DNA of 64,000 nt, taken from contig JBHLON010000016.1 in assembly GCA_048940445.1 (NCBI GenBank), positions 4,322-68,321 of the forward strand, given 5' to 3'. The translations under genes and the position numbers were made by a program. The stretch is from Promethearchaeota archaeon. GTDB taxonomy: Archaea; Asgardarchaeota; Lokiarchaeia; Sigyniarchaeales; SOKP01. Below, piece by piece: positions 38,021 through 47,790 of this stretch (positions are counted from its first letter, which is position 1; each line of letters opens with the position of its first letter). The notes below the pieces were generated by a model. That model was given only the letters and a program-made list of their open reading frames with translations. It searched no databases and was not told the origin of the DNA.

Positions 38021-39610
38021 ATGTCTGTACCAATATTAATTTTAAGAGAAGGTACTGAGCAGGTACGTGAAAAAGAGGCCAGAGATCAAAATATTAAAGC
38101 TATGATGAGTATTACTGAAACTGTTAAGTCTACTCTTGGTCCAAAAGGAATGAATAAGATGTTAGTTGATTCTATGGGAGATGTTACAATCACTAATGAT
38201 GGTGCTGAAATATTGAAGAATCTAGATATAGAAAATGTGGCAGCTAATATGATGGTTAATGTGGCAAAAGCAATAGATGAAGAAATAGGAGATGGAACCA
38301 CAACCGCAGTTATTTTTTCTGCTGCATTGTTAGGTAATGCTTTGGAACTTATTGAACAAGATATTCATCCTAAACCTATTACTCACGGTTATAGATTAGC
38401 AGCAAATAAAGCACTTTCCATTTTAAATGAGATTTCTGAAGAGATTTCTACCGAGAATGAAAAAGTGCTTAAAGATATAGCTAAAACTTCAATGAATTCG
38501 AAGGATGTTGTGGGTTTGAGAGATTTTTTCGCAGAATTAGCCTTAAAAGCAATAAATCATATCAAAGATGAGGATGAAAAAACATTTTCAAAAGTTAATA
38601 ATGTTAAAATCGTAAAAGCACCTGGAAAATCTCTTAAGGAATCAGAGCTTGTAAATGGAATTTATTTGCAAAAAGAAAAAGTAAACTCTTCTATGCCAGA
38701 TGCAATTAAAGATGCAAAAATCGCTGTAATACGAAGAAAACTTGATGTGGTAAAAACTGAATTTGATGCTCAAATTCAAATTTCTAGTCCTTCAGATATT
38801 CAAAGATTCTTAGATCAAGAAGAAAAAATTCTAGTAGATTACCTGAATATTTTCAAAGAAGCAGGAGTAAATATGATAATTAACAGTCAGGATATCTCTG
38901 ATAAATTTGGGGCTTATCTAGCAAGAGAAGGAATTGCAGGCATAAAAAACGTTGGAGAAGATGACTTGAAAGCTGTTCTAAAGGCTGTAGGTGCGAAACG
39001 GGTCGATGATCTAACATCATTATCGGCAGATGATCTTGGATATGCTGCTATGGTTAAATTTGAGAAGTTAGATAAAGATGAGTATGCAATACTCTCTGGG
39101 TGTAAAAATCCAAAATCAGTTTCGATTCTATTGAAAGGTGGCTTAGAAAAAATATTAAATACTGCTGAAATAACCTTACATGACGTTCTCTCTGTTATAG
39201 CAAAAACCTTAGATACGAAAAAAGTTGTTGCTGGTGGAGGAGCGATTTATGTGGAGTTATCTAAAAGATTAAGGGAATATTCAAATCAAGTCAGCGGAAA
39301 AGAACAGCTTGCAATTACAGCATTCGCTTTAGCTTTAGAAGAAATTCCAATAACTCTAATCAAAAATGCGGGATTGGATGAGATTGAAAAAATGACTGAA
39401 TTAAGAGCTGCTCATAAATCCGAGGAAGATAAATGGATCGGAATAGATACTATTACAAATACAATAGGGGATAACTTTCAGAAAGGTATTATTGAACCAG
39501 CTGCATTAATAAATCATGTTTTAAAATCTGGAAGTGAGTTAGCAAACTTAATTTTGAGAGTAGATAGAATTATTAATGCAAAAGGATCTAAGTCTTCAGG
39601 TTTAGAATAA
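38021..39610 (+). CDS. ths: Thermosome subunit (group II chaperonin)
   Basis: 'LGPKGMNKML', 'ITNDGAEIL', 'GDGTTT' and 'VAGGGA'. 529 aa. Confidence 0.95.
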   Translation: MSVPILILREGTEQVREKEARDQNIKAMMSITETVKSTLGPKGMNKMLVDSMGDVTITNDGAEILKNLDIENVAANMMVNVAKAIDEEIGDGTTTAVIFSAALLGNALELIEQDIHPKPITHGYRLAANKALSILNEISEEISTENEKVLKDIAKTSMNSKDVVGLRDFFAELALKAINHIKDEDEKTFSKVNNVKIVKAPGKSLKESELVNGIYLQKEKVNSSMPDAIKDAKIAVIRRKLDVVKTEFDAQIQISSPSDIQRFLDQEEKILVDYLNIFKEAGVNMIINSQDISDKFGAYLAREGIAGIKNVGEDDLKAVLKAVGAKRVDDLTSLSADDLGYAAMVKFEKLDKDEYAILSGCKNPKSVSILLKGGLEKILNTAEITLHDVLSVIAKTLDTKKVVAGGGAIYVELSKRLREYSNQVSGKEQLAITAFALALEEIPITLIKNAGLDEIEKMTELRAAHKSEEDKWIGIDTITNTIGDNFQKGIIEPAALINHVLKSGSELANLILRVDRIINAKGSKSSGLE

Positions 39611-39640
39611 TCATTTTATTTTTTTTTTAATTTTTATTAA
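39611..39640 (+). terminator. Candidate oligo-T terminator after the thermosome gene
   Basis: A T10 run at 39619-39628, followed by T5, directly after the stop codon. Confidence 0.45.
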
Positions 39641-39790
39641 AACTCATTATCAAATTAATCAATTTTCAAAAATGGGTAAATATTACCACAAAACGATCTG
39701 AAATCGTTTAATTTGTAAACCTTTTTAACAATCTTTCTTTTGTTTAAACGTATTCTATTAAATATATCAATTCAAATTCAAGGACATAAA

Positions 39791-41689
39791 ATGGATTATA
39801 TTAATGATTTTGAGCAATATTTAAAAGACAAAAGATTAACACAAGAAAATTTTAAGAAACTTATTGCATTGAACAATAGATACGTACTCAAGATTGTAAA
39901 AGAGTTTGTTGACATATGTAAACCCAGTAAGATCACAGTTATTTCAGATGCAGAAGAAGATATTAATTATGTTAGACAGAGATCAATTGAAATTCGAGAG
40001 GAAATAAAATTGCTCTTAAAAGGTCATACTGTTCATTATGATGCATTTATTAATATGTTAAATCACGACCAAGCTAGAGACAAAGAAAATACTCAAGTTC
40101 TAGTTTCAAAAAAAGATAAGGATGCATTTCCTTGGATTAATACCATGGAAAGAGAAGCGGGTTTAAATGAAATCTTGGAAATTATGGATGGTTGCATGGA
40201 TGGACATGAATGCATTATTCGATTCTATTGCTTAGGACCAAAGAACTCTAAATTTTCAATACTCGCTCTTCAAATGACTGATTCCTTTTATGTTGCTCAT
40301 TCAGAAGATCTTTTATACCGGGCAGGATATGAAGAATTTAAAAAGTTAGGTGGTTCTGATGATTTCTTCTACTTTATACACTCTTCAGGAGAACTATATG
40401 AAAAACCACCAGTTACAAAAAATTTAAAGAAGCGTAGGATATATATTGATTTACAAGAAGGACGTGTACTTTCAGTAAATAATCAATATGCTGGAAATTC
40501 ACTTGGATTAAAAAAGCTCGCCTTACGTTTAGCGATTTATAAGGCAAATAATGAGGATTGGTTAACAGAACATTACTTTATAATGGGACTCCATCCAAAG
40601 GGAAAGAACAGGACTTCATTTTTTTGTGGAGCATTTCCATCAGCGTGTGGAAAAACATCAACAGCTATGCTCCCCGGACAAACTATTGTAGGAGATGATA
40701 TAGCTTATCTTCGTGTATGGGAGGATGGTTATGCTCATACAGTAAATATTGAGAGAGGAATTTTTGGAATTATTAAGGATGTAGATGCTAAAAATGATCC
40801 CGTCATTTTTGATGCTCTTACAACACCTCGAGAAACCATTTTCTCAAATGTTTTAGTAAAAGATGGGACACCTTATTGGATTGGAGATGGAAGAGAAATC
40901 CCAAATAATGGCTTTAACTTTTCAGGTGATTGGAAAAAAGGAAAAAAAGATGAAAATGGAAAGGAAATACCGCATGCTCATCCAAATGCTCGTTATACAA
41001 TTCGAATAGAAGAATTAAGTAATGCCGATCCAAATCTCCATAATCCAGAGGGTGTACCCGTTCATGGGATTCTTTACGGAGGCAGAGACAGTGATACAAT
41101 GCCTCCAGTGGTTGAAAGTCTTAATTGGGAACATGGTATCTTTTTAGGAGCTGCTATAGAATCAGAAACAACTTCAGCTACAATTGGTACAGAAGGAGTA
41201 AGAACGCAGCAACCAATGGCTAATCTCGATTTTTTGGTTGTACCTTTAGGAAAATATTTAGCTAATCATGAAAAATTTGGTTCTCGTCTTAAATTTCCCC
41301 CAAAAGTTTTTGCAACTAATTACTTTCTAAAAAGTAAGGATGGTAATTATCTGAATGGAATATTAGATAAATTAGTGTGGGTGATGTGGGCCGAAGGGAG
41401 AACAAATAATGAATTTGCTGGGATTAAGACACCTATTGGTTATATCCCTAAATATGAAGATTTGAAAAATTTATTTAAAATCTACTTAGATAAAGAATAT
41501 TCAGAAAGTGACTATATACAACAATTTTCAATTAGAATAAAGAAATTAATTGAAAAATTAGAAAGAATAAAGATAATGTATCAAAAGGAAAAACATGTAC
41601 CAAAATTTTTCTGGAACATTATTAATCAACAGATGAGTAGTTTAAATGAATTAAGTAAAAAATGTAATAACGATGAGATTTCCCTCTAG
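39791..41689 (+). CDS. pckG: Phosphoenolpyruvate carboxykinase (GTP)
   Basis: 'FPSACGKTS' (kinase-1a), 'GDDIAYLR' and 'NARYT' motifs. The track start at 39740 is TTG; ATG 39791 (MDYIND...) is more plausible. Confidence 0.9.
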   Translation: MDYINDFEQYLKDKRLTQENFKKLIALNNRYVLKIVKEFVDICKPSKITVISDAEEDINYVRQRSIEIREEIKLLLKGHTVHYDAFINMLNHDQARDKENTQVLVSKKDKDAFPWINTMEREAGLNEILEIMDGCMDGHECIIRFYCLGPKNSKFSILALQMTDSFYVAHSEDLLYRAGYEEFKKLGGSDDFFYFIHSSGELYEKPPVTKNLKKRRIYIDLQEGRVLSVNNQYAGNSLGLKKLALRLAIYKANNEDWLTEHYFIMGLHPKGKNRTSFFCGAFPSACGKTSTAMLPGQTIVGDDIAYLRVWEDGYAHTVNIERGIFGIIKDVDAKNDPVIFDALTTPRETIFSNVLVKDGTPYWIGDGREIPNNGFNFSGDWKKGKKDENGKEIPHAHPNARYTIRIEELSNADPNLHNPEGVPVHGILYGGRDSDTMPPVVESLNWEHGIFLGAAIESETTSATIGTEGVRTQQPMANLDFLVVPLGKYLANHEKFGSRLKFPPKVFATNYFLKSKDGNYLNGILDKLVWVMWAEGRTNNEFAGIKTPIGYIPKYEDLKNLFKIYLDKEYSESDYIQQFSIRIKKLIEKLERIKIMYQKEKHVPKFFWNIINQQMSSLNELSKKCNNDEISL

Positions 41690-41722
41690 ATTTTTGATTA
41701 AAATTCATCAATAAAACAAGAA

Positions 41723-42403
41723 TTACATTAAGACTTTTAATCCATCTTTAACTTTATAAGTTCGATTAAAACGATCAATTTCGATAAATCGTTTTATTTC
41801 AAGATTATTTAAGAAATCTCTCATTTCAATTGGATCTTTCTTTAGTTTTTCTGCTAAGCCTTCGATATTTTCTTCATAAGTACGTAATATTTCTATTAAT
41901 GAAGAATAATTTTCATAAATTTGATTAACAAGCTGTTTTAATACCTCATCAAGATTTTCTCCAGTTTTCGTGCTCGTGGGAAAAATTACAGCTTCTTGAG
42001 GTAAATAATTTTGAGCACGAACGACTTCAGGATGTCTTGCTCCTGCCATATCTTGCTTATTTGCTAAAAATATAATGGGAACATCTTCATTAATTACTTT
42101 TCTTATGGAATTCAAAATTATGATCGCATCTTCATCTTTCTCAGGATGGACAGCATCAAAAATAAAAATAATCCCATCAGTTCCCTTTAAAACAACATCT
42201 CTCATCACATTAAATCTTAACAATCCAGGAGTTCCGAAAAGAAATACATCAAAGCCATTTAGTTTTACACAGCCTAAGTCCATTCCTACTGTATAGTACT
42301 TATTATCTCTTGCCTTAGCCTCTACATTTAATGCATTTTCATCAAAATGCTTAATGAAAGATGATTTTCCACATTGCAATGGGCCTGATATAACTATTTT
42401 CAT
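41723..42403 (-). CDS. Small GTPase of the MglA/CvnD-like (COG2229) type with a C-terminal helical/wHTH-like tail
   Basis: G1 'GPLQCGKSS', G3 'FGTPGLLRF', G4 'ANKQD', G5-like 'TSTK'. A ~60-aa C-terminal extension. Confidence 0.75.
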   Translation of the reverse strand: MKIVISGPLQCGKSSFIKHFDENALNVEAKARDNKYYTVGMDLGCVKLNGFDVFLFGTPGLLRFNVMRDVVLKGTDGIIFIFDAVHPEKDEDAIIILNSIRKVINEDVPIIFLANKQDMAGARHPEVVRAQNYLPQEAVIFPTSTKTGENLDEVLKQLVNQIYENYSSLIEILRTYEENIEGLAEKLKKDPIEMRDFLNNLEIKRFIEIDRFNRTYKVKDGLKVLM

Positions 42404-42815
42404 TTTGTCGGAATTAAGTTCTCTATTGTAATTTATTATTCTTCTATTAACTTTTTTTGTTTTATTATTTCGATTAATATATAGATAATATAAATCACTT
42501 TTTTTTCTTATATTTGATTTTATTTAAGAATTTAGGCTCATATCTGTCAGTTAAATTTTGGCATATCAAGAGCTAATAATCTCATTTAACTCTTTTCTTT
42601 AAAAAAAATTACTAAATTCAATTATTTTTAATGAAAAAATGATCAAAGTGAATATATATTTGACAAAAAAAATTCTATTAAGGAAATATTTATATAGATA
42701 TATGATTTAATTTGTTAATTATAACGATATTAGTTTTAAAAATAAACAATCATTTTCAAAAAGGCCAATCTATTTTAGAAAAATAATGGTATTTCGAAAA
42801 AGAAAATGATCAAAA

Positions 42816-45800
42816 ATGGTAAGTAGTAAAATATTGATTATAGGTGGCGGAATTTCCGGTATAGAAGCAAGTCTTACGTTAGCTGAACAAGGTTATAAGG
42901 TTATACTTGTAGAAAAAACATCTTCTGTTGGTGGTAGGATGGCACAGTTAGATAAAACTTTTCCTACTTTAGATTGTTCAATCTGTATTCTGGCTCCCAA
43001 AATGGTTGAAGTATCTCGTCATCCAAACATCGAATTATTAGCATATTCTGAGGTACAAGAGATAAATGGTGAAGAAGGAAATTTTGATGTTAAAGTGCTT
43101 AAAAAGGCTAAATATGTAAATTGGGAAGCTTGTACTGGTTGTGCATCGTGTACTGAAAAATGTCCAATGAAGAAAATCCCTTCTGAATTTGAGGAGGGTA
43201 TGGGCAATAGAACAGCAATCTATATCCCATTCCCTCAAGCTGTTCCACGTAAAGCTGTAATAGACCCAGAAAAATGTCTATTTTTAACTAAAAATGCGTG
43301 TAAAATATGTGAAAAAGAGTGTGAAGCTGGAGCTATTAATTGGAATGATAAGGATGAAATTATAAATTACAACGTAGCTGCCATAATTGTGGCAACTGGA
43401 TTTGACCAACTTGATCCTTCCGTATTAGATAGATATCATTATGGGGAATATTCAAACGTAATAACTGCTATGCAATATGAACGCTTATTAAGTGCATCTG
43501 GTCCTACAGGGGGTGAAATTCTACGTCCTTCAGATAAGGCCCATGCAAATAGAATTGCATTTATTAGTTGTGTAGGATCAAGAAATGAAGATCTATGTTC
43601 ATATTGTTCTAAATTCTGTTGCATGTATCAAACTAAAGAGGCTGTAGTCACTCGAGAACATGCTCCAAACACAAATGTCACTATTTATTTTAATGATCTC
43701 AGAGTCATTGGAAAAAATCAAGATGAATTTACTGTACGGGCAAGAGAAGAATATAATTTAAAGTATCATCACGGAATACCCGGAGATGTTAGAGAAAATC
43801 CAGAAAATCATAATCTTATTGTAAAATCAGCTAATTTAGATACCGGTGAGGTTGATGTTGATGAATATGACCTCGTAGTACTAGCTAATGCTGTAACTCC
43901 ACGAAAAGACGCTGATAAACTTGCTAGCATTTTAGGGATCGAGCAAAACGAATTTGGATTTTTTAGAACTGCTAATTCAACTGAAGATTTAAGATCTACT
44001 AAGCCTGGAATTTATGTTACTGGTTCGTGTCAATCTCCTGATGATATAGCTAATTCAGTCGCGAAAGCAGGTGCTGCTGCTGTTCTAGCAGCAAGCCATG
44101 CTACACCTTTAAGTGAAGAGGAACAAAAAGTCGAATTACCCCCTTTAAAAGAAATTTTATCACATGATGAAGCTCGTATAGGTGTGTTCATTTGTAGATG
44201 TGGTATCAATATTGCGGGATATATTGATGTACCCTCTTTAGTAGAGTACGCTAAAACTCTTCCTAGTGTAGTTTATGCTGACGAAAATAAATATAGTTGC
44301 TCTCAATTAACCCAAGATATCATAAAAGAAAAAATTGAAGAGTTAAGTTTAAACCGTGTAGTAGTTGCTGCATGTACACCACGGACTCATGAGCCTTTAT
44401 TTCAAAAAACTATAAGAGAAGCTGGATTAAATGAGTATCTGTTTAATTTTGTTAGTATACGTGAATTAGATTCTTGGGTTCATATGAAAGACAATAAGAG
44501 GGCAACTGATAAAGCAAAAGATCTAATAAGAATGGGTGTAGCAAGAGTAATTTATCAAAAACCAGAATATAAAATTAGAGGAAATGTAGTTCCAGAGGCT
44601 TTGGTAGTCGGTGGGGGTATTACTGGAATAAATGCAGCAATAGAAATTTCTAATAAAGGATTTAGAGTACATCTGGTTGAAAAAGAAGATAAATTAGGTG
44701 GTCAATTAAATTTAATTTATAAAATTAACTCTGATCGAATCGATTCTGAAAAATATTTAGAAAATCAACTGAGAGAATATAATCAACTTAAAAACATAAA
44801 TACTTATCTAAATTCAGAATTAATAGATGTAAAAGGTTCTATCGGTGATTTTAATGTTAAAGTTAGAAATTCTGCGGATAACAAAAACATTGACTTGAAT
44901 GTGGGCACCATACTAATCACCACTGGTGCATATGAATATAAACCCATAGGTTGGTACCATTATGGTGAAAATGAAAATGTTATTACTCAATTAGAATTAT
45001 CCGGAAAATTGAGAAATAACGAGTTAAAAGATGGTGAAACTCTTGTTTTTATACATTGTGTAGGGTCTCGTCAACCAGAAGGTGGTAATGGAGTCACATA
45101 CTGTTCTCTGATTTGTTGTTCTGAATCAATTAGACATGCTTTATATGTAAAAGAGAACTATCCTAATTCAAATATTTACGTATTATATAGAGATATACGG
45201 GTTGGAACTGAGGAAGAATCCTTTTATTGGAAAGCTCGAGAAAATGTGAATTATATACGATTTAATGAGTATCCAACTGTTGATATTGAAAATCATCAAC
45301 TAAAAGTAAGAGTGCAAGATATCTTAACTCAAACCGATCTTACAATAGAAGCAGATAAAGTAGTACTTTCGACACCATTAATCCCCCACGATACTCAAAA
45401 ATTAGGAGAGATGATCAAATGTGCTAGAGATCAGAATGGATTTTTCTTAGAAGCTCATGTAAAATTGAGGCCTGTTGATTTCGCTACAGATGGAATCTAT
45501 TTGGCAGGAACATGTCATGGACCGAAAGGAATCTCTGATTCTATATCGCAAGCTAGGGGTGCTGCTGCCCATGCCTTAATACCCCTGATTTCTGGAGAAG
45601 TTGAGAATGAACCGTTAGTCTCAATAGTTAATCCTGCTTTATGCATTGCTTGCCAAAAATGTGAAGAAGCCTGCAATTTCGGAGCAATTGGGGTTAATTT
45701 TGATAATTCAATCTTAGTGTCTCAATCTAACCCTTTATTGTGTAAGGGATGCGGTGATTGTTCAGCCGCCTGTCCAACGGGAGCTATTATTATGCGTCAT

Positions 45801-46304
45801 TTTGCAGATGAACAAATATATCCTATGATTAAAGAAGCTGTTCGAGGAGAATTTATTGATGAGCGACCTCGTATAATTGCATTTTTATGCAATTGGTGTA
45901 GTTATGCTGGTGCAGATACATGTGGAGTAAGCCGATTCCAATATCCGACTAATATAAGACCTATTAGAGTAATGTGTACTGGGAGGATACCAAAGCATTT
46001 TATTTTACAAGCCTTTTTAGAAGGTGCTGACGGCGTATTAATTGGTGGATGTCATATTGGCGATTGTCATTACTTGGAGGGTAATTATGATATGTTAAGA
46101 CGATATAATGAAATTCGGGAAATGTTAGAAAAAGTAGGAATCAATGCAGAACGTATTCGACTAGAATGGGTTTCTGCAAGTGAAGGAAAGCGTTTTTCAC
46201 AGATAGTAACGGAATTCGTTACTAAAATAAAGCAACTTGGACCTTTACCTAAAACTGGTGATAAGGTAGAACTGAAAAAGGAGAAGATAAAGGAGGGGAC
46301 ATAA
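42816..46304 (+). CDS. hdrA: Tandem HdrA-like flavoprotein fused to an MvhD-like domain (heterodisulfide reductase subunit A family)
   Basis: There are two dinucleotide-binding motifs: 'IIGGGISGIEAS' (nt ~42840) and 'VVGGGITGINAA' (nt ~44610). Other HdrA-type motifs are 'GGRMAQLDKTFPTLDCSIC', two 'CVGSR...C..CC' segments, the mid-protein 'RIGVFICRCGINIAG' HdrA N-domain motif, and ferredoxin motifs 'CIACQKCEEAC'/'CKGCGDCSAACP'. The C-terminal 'IIAFLCNWCSYAGAD...RVMCTGR...GGCHIGDCHY' is MvhD/FlpD-like. Confidence 0.85.
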   Translation: MVSSKILIIGGGISGIEASLTLAEQGYKVILVEKTSSVGGRMAQLDKTFPTLDCSICILAPKMVEVSRHPNIELLAYSEVQEINGEEGNFDVKVLKKAKYVNWEACTGCASCTEKCPMKKIPSEFEEGMGNRTAIYIPFPQAVPRKAVIDPEKCLFLTKNACKICEKECEAGAINWNDKDEIINYNVAAIIVATGFDQLDPSVLDRYHYGEYSNVITAMQYERLLSASGPTGGEILRPSDKAHANRIAFISCVGSRNEDLCSYCSKFCCMYQTKEAVVTREHAPNTNVTIYFNDLRVIGKNQDEFTVRAREEYNLKYHHGIPGDVRENPENHNLIVKSANLDTGEVDVDEYDLVVLANAVTPRKDADKLASILGIEQNEFGFFRTANSTEDLRSTKPGIYVTGSCQSPDDIANSVAKAGAAAVLAASHATPLSEEEQKVELPPLKEILSHDEARIGVFICRCGINIAGYIDVPSLVEYAKTLPSVVYADENKYSCSQLTQDIIKEKIEELSLNRVVVAACTPRTHEPLFQKTIREAGLNEYLFNFVSIRELDSWVHMKDNKRATDKAKDLIRMGVARVIYQKPEYKIRGNVVPEALVVGGGITGINAAIEISNKGFRVHLVEKEDKLGGQLNLIYKINSDRIDSEKYLENQLREYNQLKNINTYLNSELIDVKGSIGDFNVKVRNSADNKNIDLNVGTILITTGAYEYKPIGWYHYGENENVITQLELSGKLRNNELKDGETLVFIHCVGSRQPEGGNGVTYCSLICCSESIRHALYVKENYPNSNIYVLYRDIRVGTEEESFYWKARENVNYIRFNEYPTVDIENHQLKVRVQDILTQTDLTIEADKVVLSTPLIPHDTQKLGEMIKCARDQNGFFLEAHVKLRPVDFATDGIYLAGTCHGPKGISDSISQARGAAAHALIPLISGEVENEPLVSIVNPALCIACQKCEEACNFGAIGVNFDNSILVSQSNPLLCKGCGDCSAACPTGAIIMRHFADEQIYPMIKEAVRGEFIDERPRIIAFLCNWCSYAGADTCGVSRFQYPTNIRPIRVMCTGRIPKHFILQAFLEGADGVLIGGCHIGDCHYLEGNYDMLRRYNEIREMLEKVGINAERIRLEWVSASEGKRFSQIVTEFVTKIKQLGPLPKTGDKVELKKEKIKEGT

Positions 46305-46307
46305 AAA

Positions 46308-46841
46308 ATGACTGAAATGTTAAAGAAAAATGCAAAGGAATTAGATGTAAACTTTCGCTATGAAATAGCAAAGAAGGTAGGGGCAAAATCCCTACTAAAA
46401 TGTATTCAATGCGGAGTATGTAGTTCTGGTTGTACTGTTACTGAATATGTTGATTTACAGCCACATCGAGTAGTTGCTTCATGCCTTCTAGGTTTAAAAC
46501 AAGAAGTTTTATCTAGTAACGCAATTTGGACTTGTTCATTATGTCATAGATGTACTGAAAGATGTCCGAAAAATGTTGATTATTCTTTCATTTTAGCATT
46601 ATTACGAAATTTGGCTGCAAAAGAAGGTAAAATCCCTAAAGAATATTCGAGTACAATTGAAGTTATTTATGATAATGGCTTTGTGGTACCCTATACTGAA
46701 GGTATGAAGAAGAATATTGATCGAAGGAGAGAAAGATTAGGATTACCAGAAATAGTTCCCCCCAATCTAGAAGAAATTAAACTAATAATTGATAAAACAG
46801 GATTAGGAAATCTTGTAATTAAAAAAGAGGTGGATAAATAA
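46308..46841 (+). CDS. hdrC: HdrC-like iron-sulfur subunit
   Basis: 'CIQCGVCSSGC' and 'CSLCHRCTERCP'. 177 aa, starting 3 nt after hdrA. Confidence 0.8.
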   Translation: MTEMLKKNAKELDVNFRYEIAKKVGAKSLLKCIQCGVCSSGCTVTEYVDLQPHRVVASCLLGLKQEVLSSNAIWTCSLCHRCTERCPKNVDYSFILALLRNLAAKEGKIPKEYSSTIEVIYDNGFVVPYTEGMKKNIDRRRERLGLPEIVPPNLEEIKLIIDKTGLGNLVIKKEVDK

Positions 46842-47726
46842 ATGGTAGATTATGCTTTATTTCTAGGGTGTACTATACCTTTGAAGCTCCCTCATCTTGA
46901 AAAAGCTTTTAGAGATGTTGCTAGTATTTTAGGATTAAGCTTAAAAGAAATGGAAGGAGTAAGCTGTTGTCCGGAACCAGTTTCTCTACAATCCCTAAAT
47001 ATTGATACATGGATGACTTTGGGTGCGAGAAACCTGTCCATAGCCGAAAAGATGGGATTAGATGTGTTAACTATCTGCTCTGGATGCTATGAGACCCTTA
47101 AAACAGTAAGTGTACTATTAGAAGAAGATAAAGATTATTTAGATAAGATTAATGTCTTATTGAAAAAGATTAATCATGAGTATAAAGGTAAAACAAAAGT
47201 TTATCATTTTGTAGAATTATTTACTGAACCTAAAATGCTTAGTAAAATTAAAAGCTTAGTAGTAAAACCTTTAGATGATTTAACCCTTGCTGTGCATTAT
47301 GGTTGTCACCTTGTAAGACCAAGTAAAATCATGCGTTTTGATCACCCGGAAAAACCAGAAAAAATAGATATTATACTTCAGGCACTCGGGGCAAATACCA
47401 TAAATTTTGCAACTAAATTAGAATGTTGTGGTTACTGCGCTCGTCTCCAAGAGGAAATCGGAGAAAAACTTGTAGAAGAAAAAATGACAGAACTATGTGA
47501 ATTAACTGAAGATGTTGATGCACTAATTGCCGTTTGCCCAGCTTGCGTTACACAATATGATAGAAAAGAAAAAATCATTGCTAGAAAAACAGGAAAGGAA
47601 TTAGATATACCTGTTCTTTATTTAGCAGAGCTTATGGCATTAGCTTTAGGAGTAAGTATTGAAGATCTTAGTCTGACAAATAGAAGTGTGAAACCTAACA
47701 AATTAATTGAAAAGTTAAGTATATAA
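46842..47726 (+). CDS. hdrB: HdrB-like subunit (two CCG domains)
   Basis: 'FLGCTIP', 'CCPEP', 'HYGCHLVRP', 'CCGY' and 'CPACV'. Abuts the hdrC stop. Confidence 0.85.
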   Translation: MVDYALFLGCTIPLKLPHLEKAFRDVASILGLSLKEMEGVSCCPEPVSLQSLNIDTWMTLGARNLSIAEKMGLDVLTICSGCYETLKTVSVLLEEDKDYLDKINVLLKKINHEYKGKTKVYHFVELFTEPKMLSKIKSLVVKPLDDLTLAVHYGCHLVRPSKIMRFDHPEKPEKIDIILQALGANTINFATKLECCGYCARLQEEIGEKLVEEKMTELCELTEDVDALIAVCPACVTQYDRKEKIIARKTGKELDIPVLYLAELMALALGVSIEDLSLTNRSVKPNKLIEKLSI

Positions 47727-47790
47727 AATTTTTTTCCAACCTATAATAAAAATTAAATTTATTTAAAAAATAAAAAAAATGTTATGAAAT

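Noticed and set aside
42686-42697. TATA-box-like 'atatttatatag' upstream of hdrA, and similar boxes upstream of other genes, as promoter calls.
   Set aside because: TATA-like strings occur every few tens of nucleotides in these AT-rich spacers. Without TSS data I cannot support individual promoter annotations.
42404-42815. The intergenic regions upstream of hdrA (42404-42815) and of metV copy 2 (55430-55841) are both exactly 412 nt. I considered a duplicated regulatory region.
   Set aside because: I could not align the two regions by eye beyond generic A/T runs. The equal length appears coincidental.
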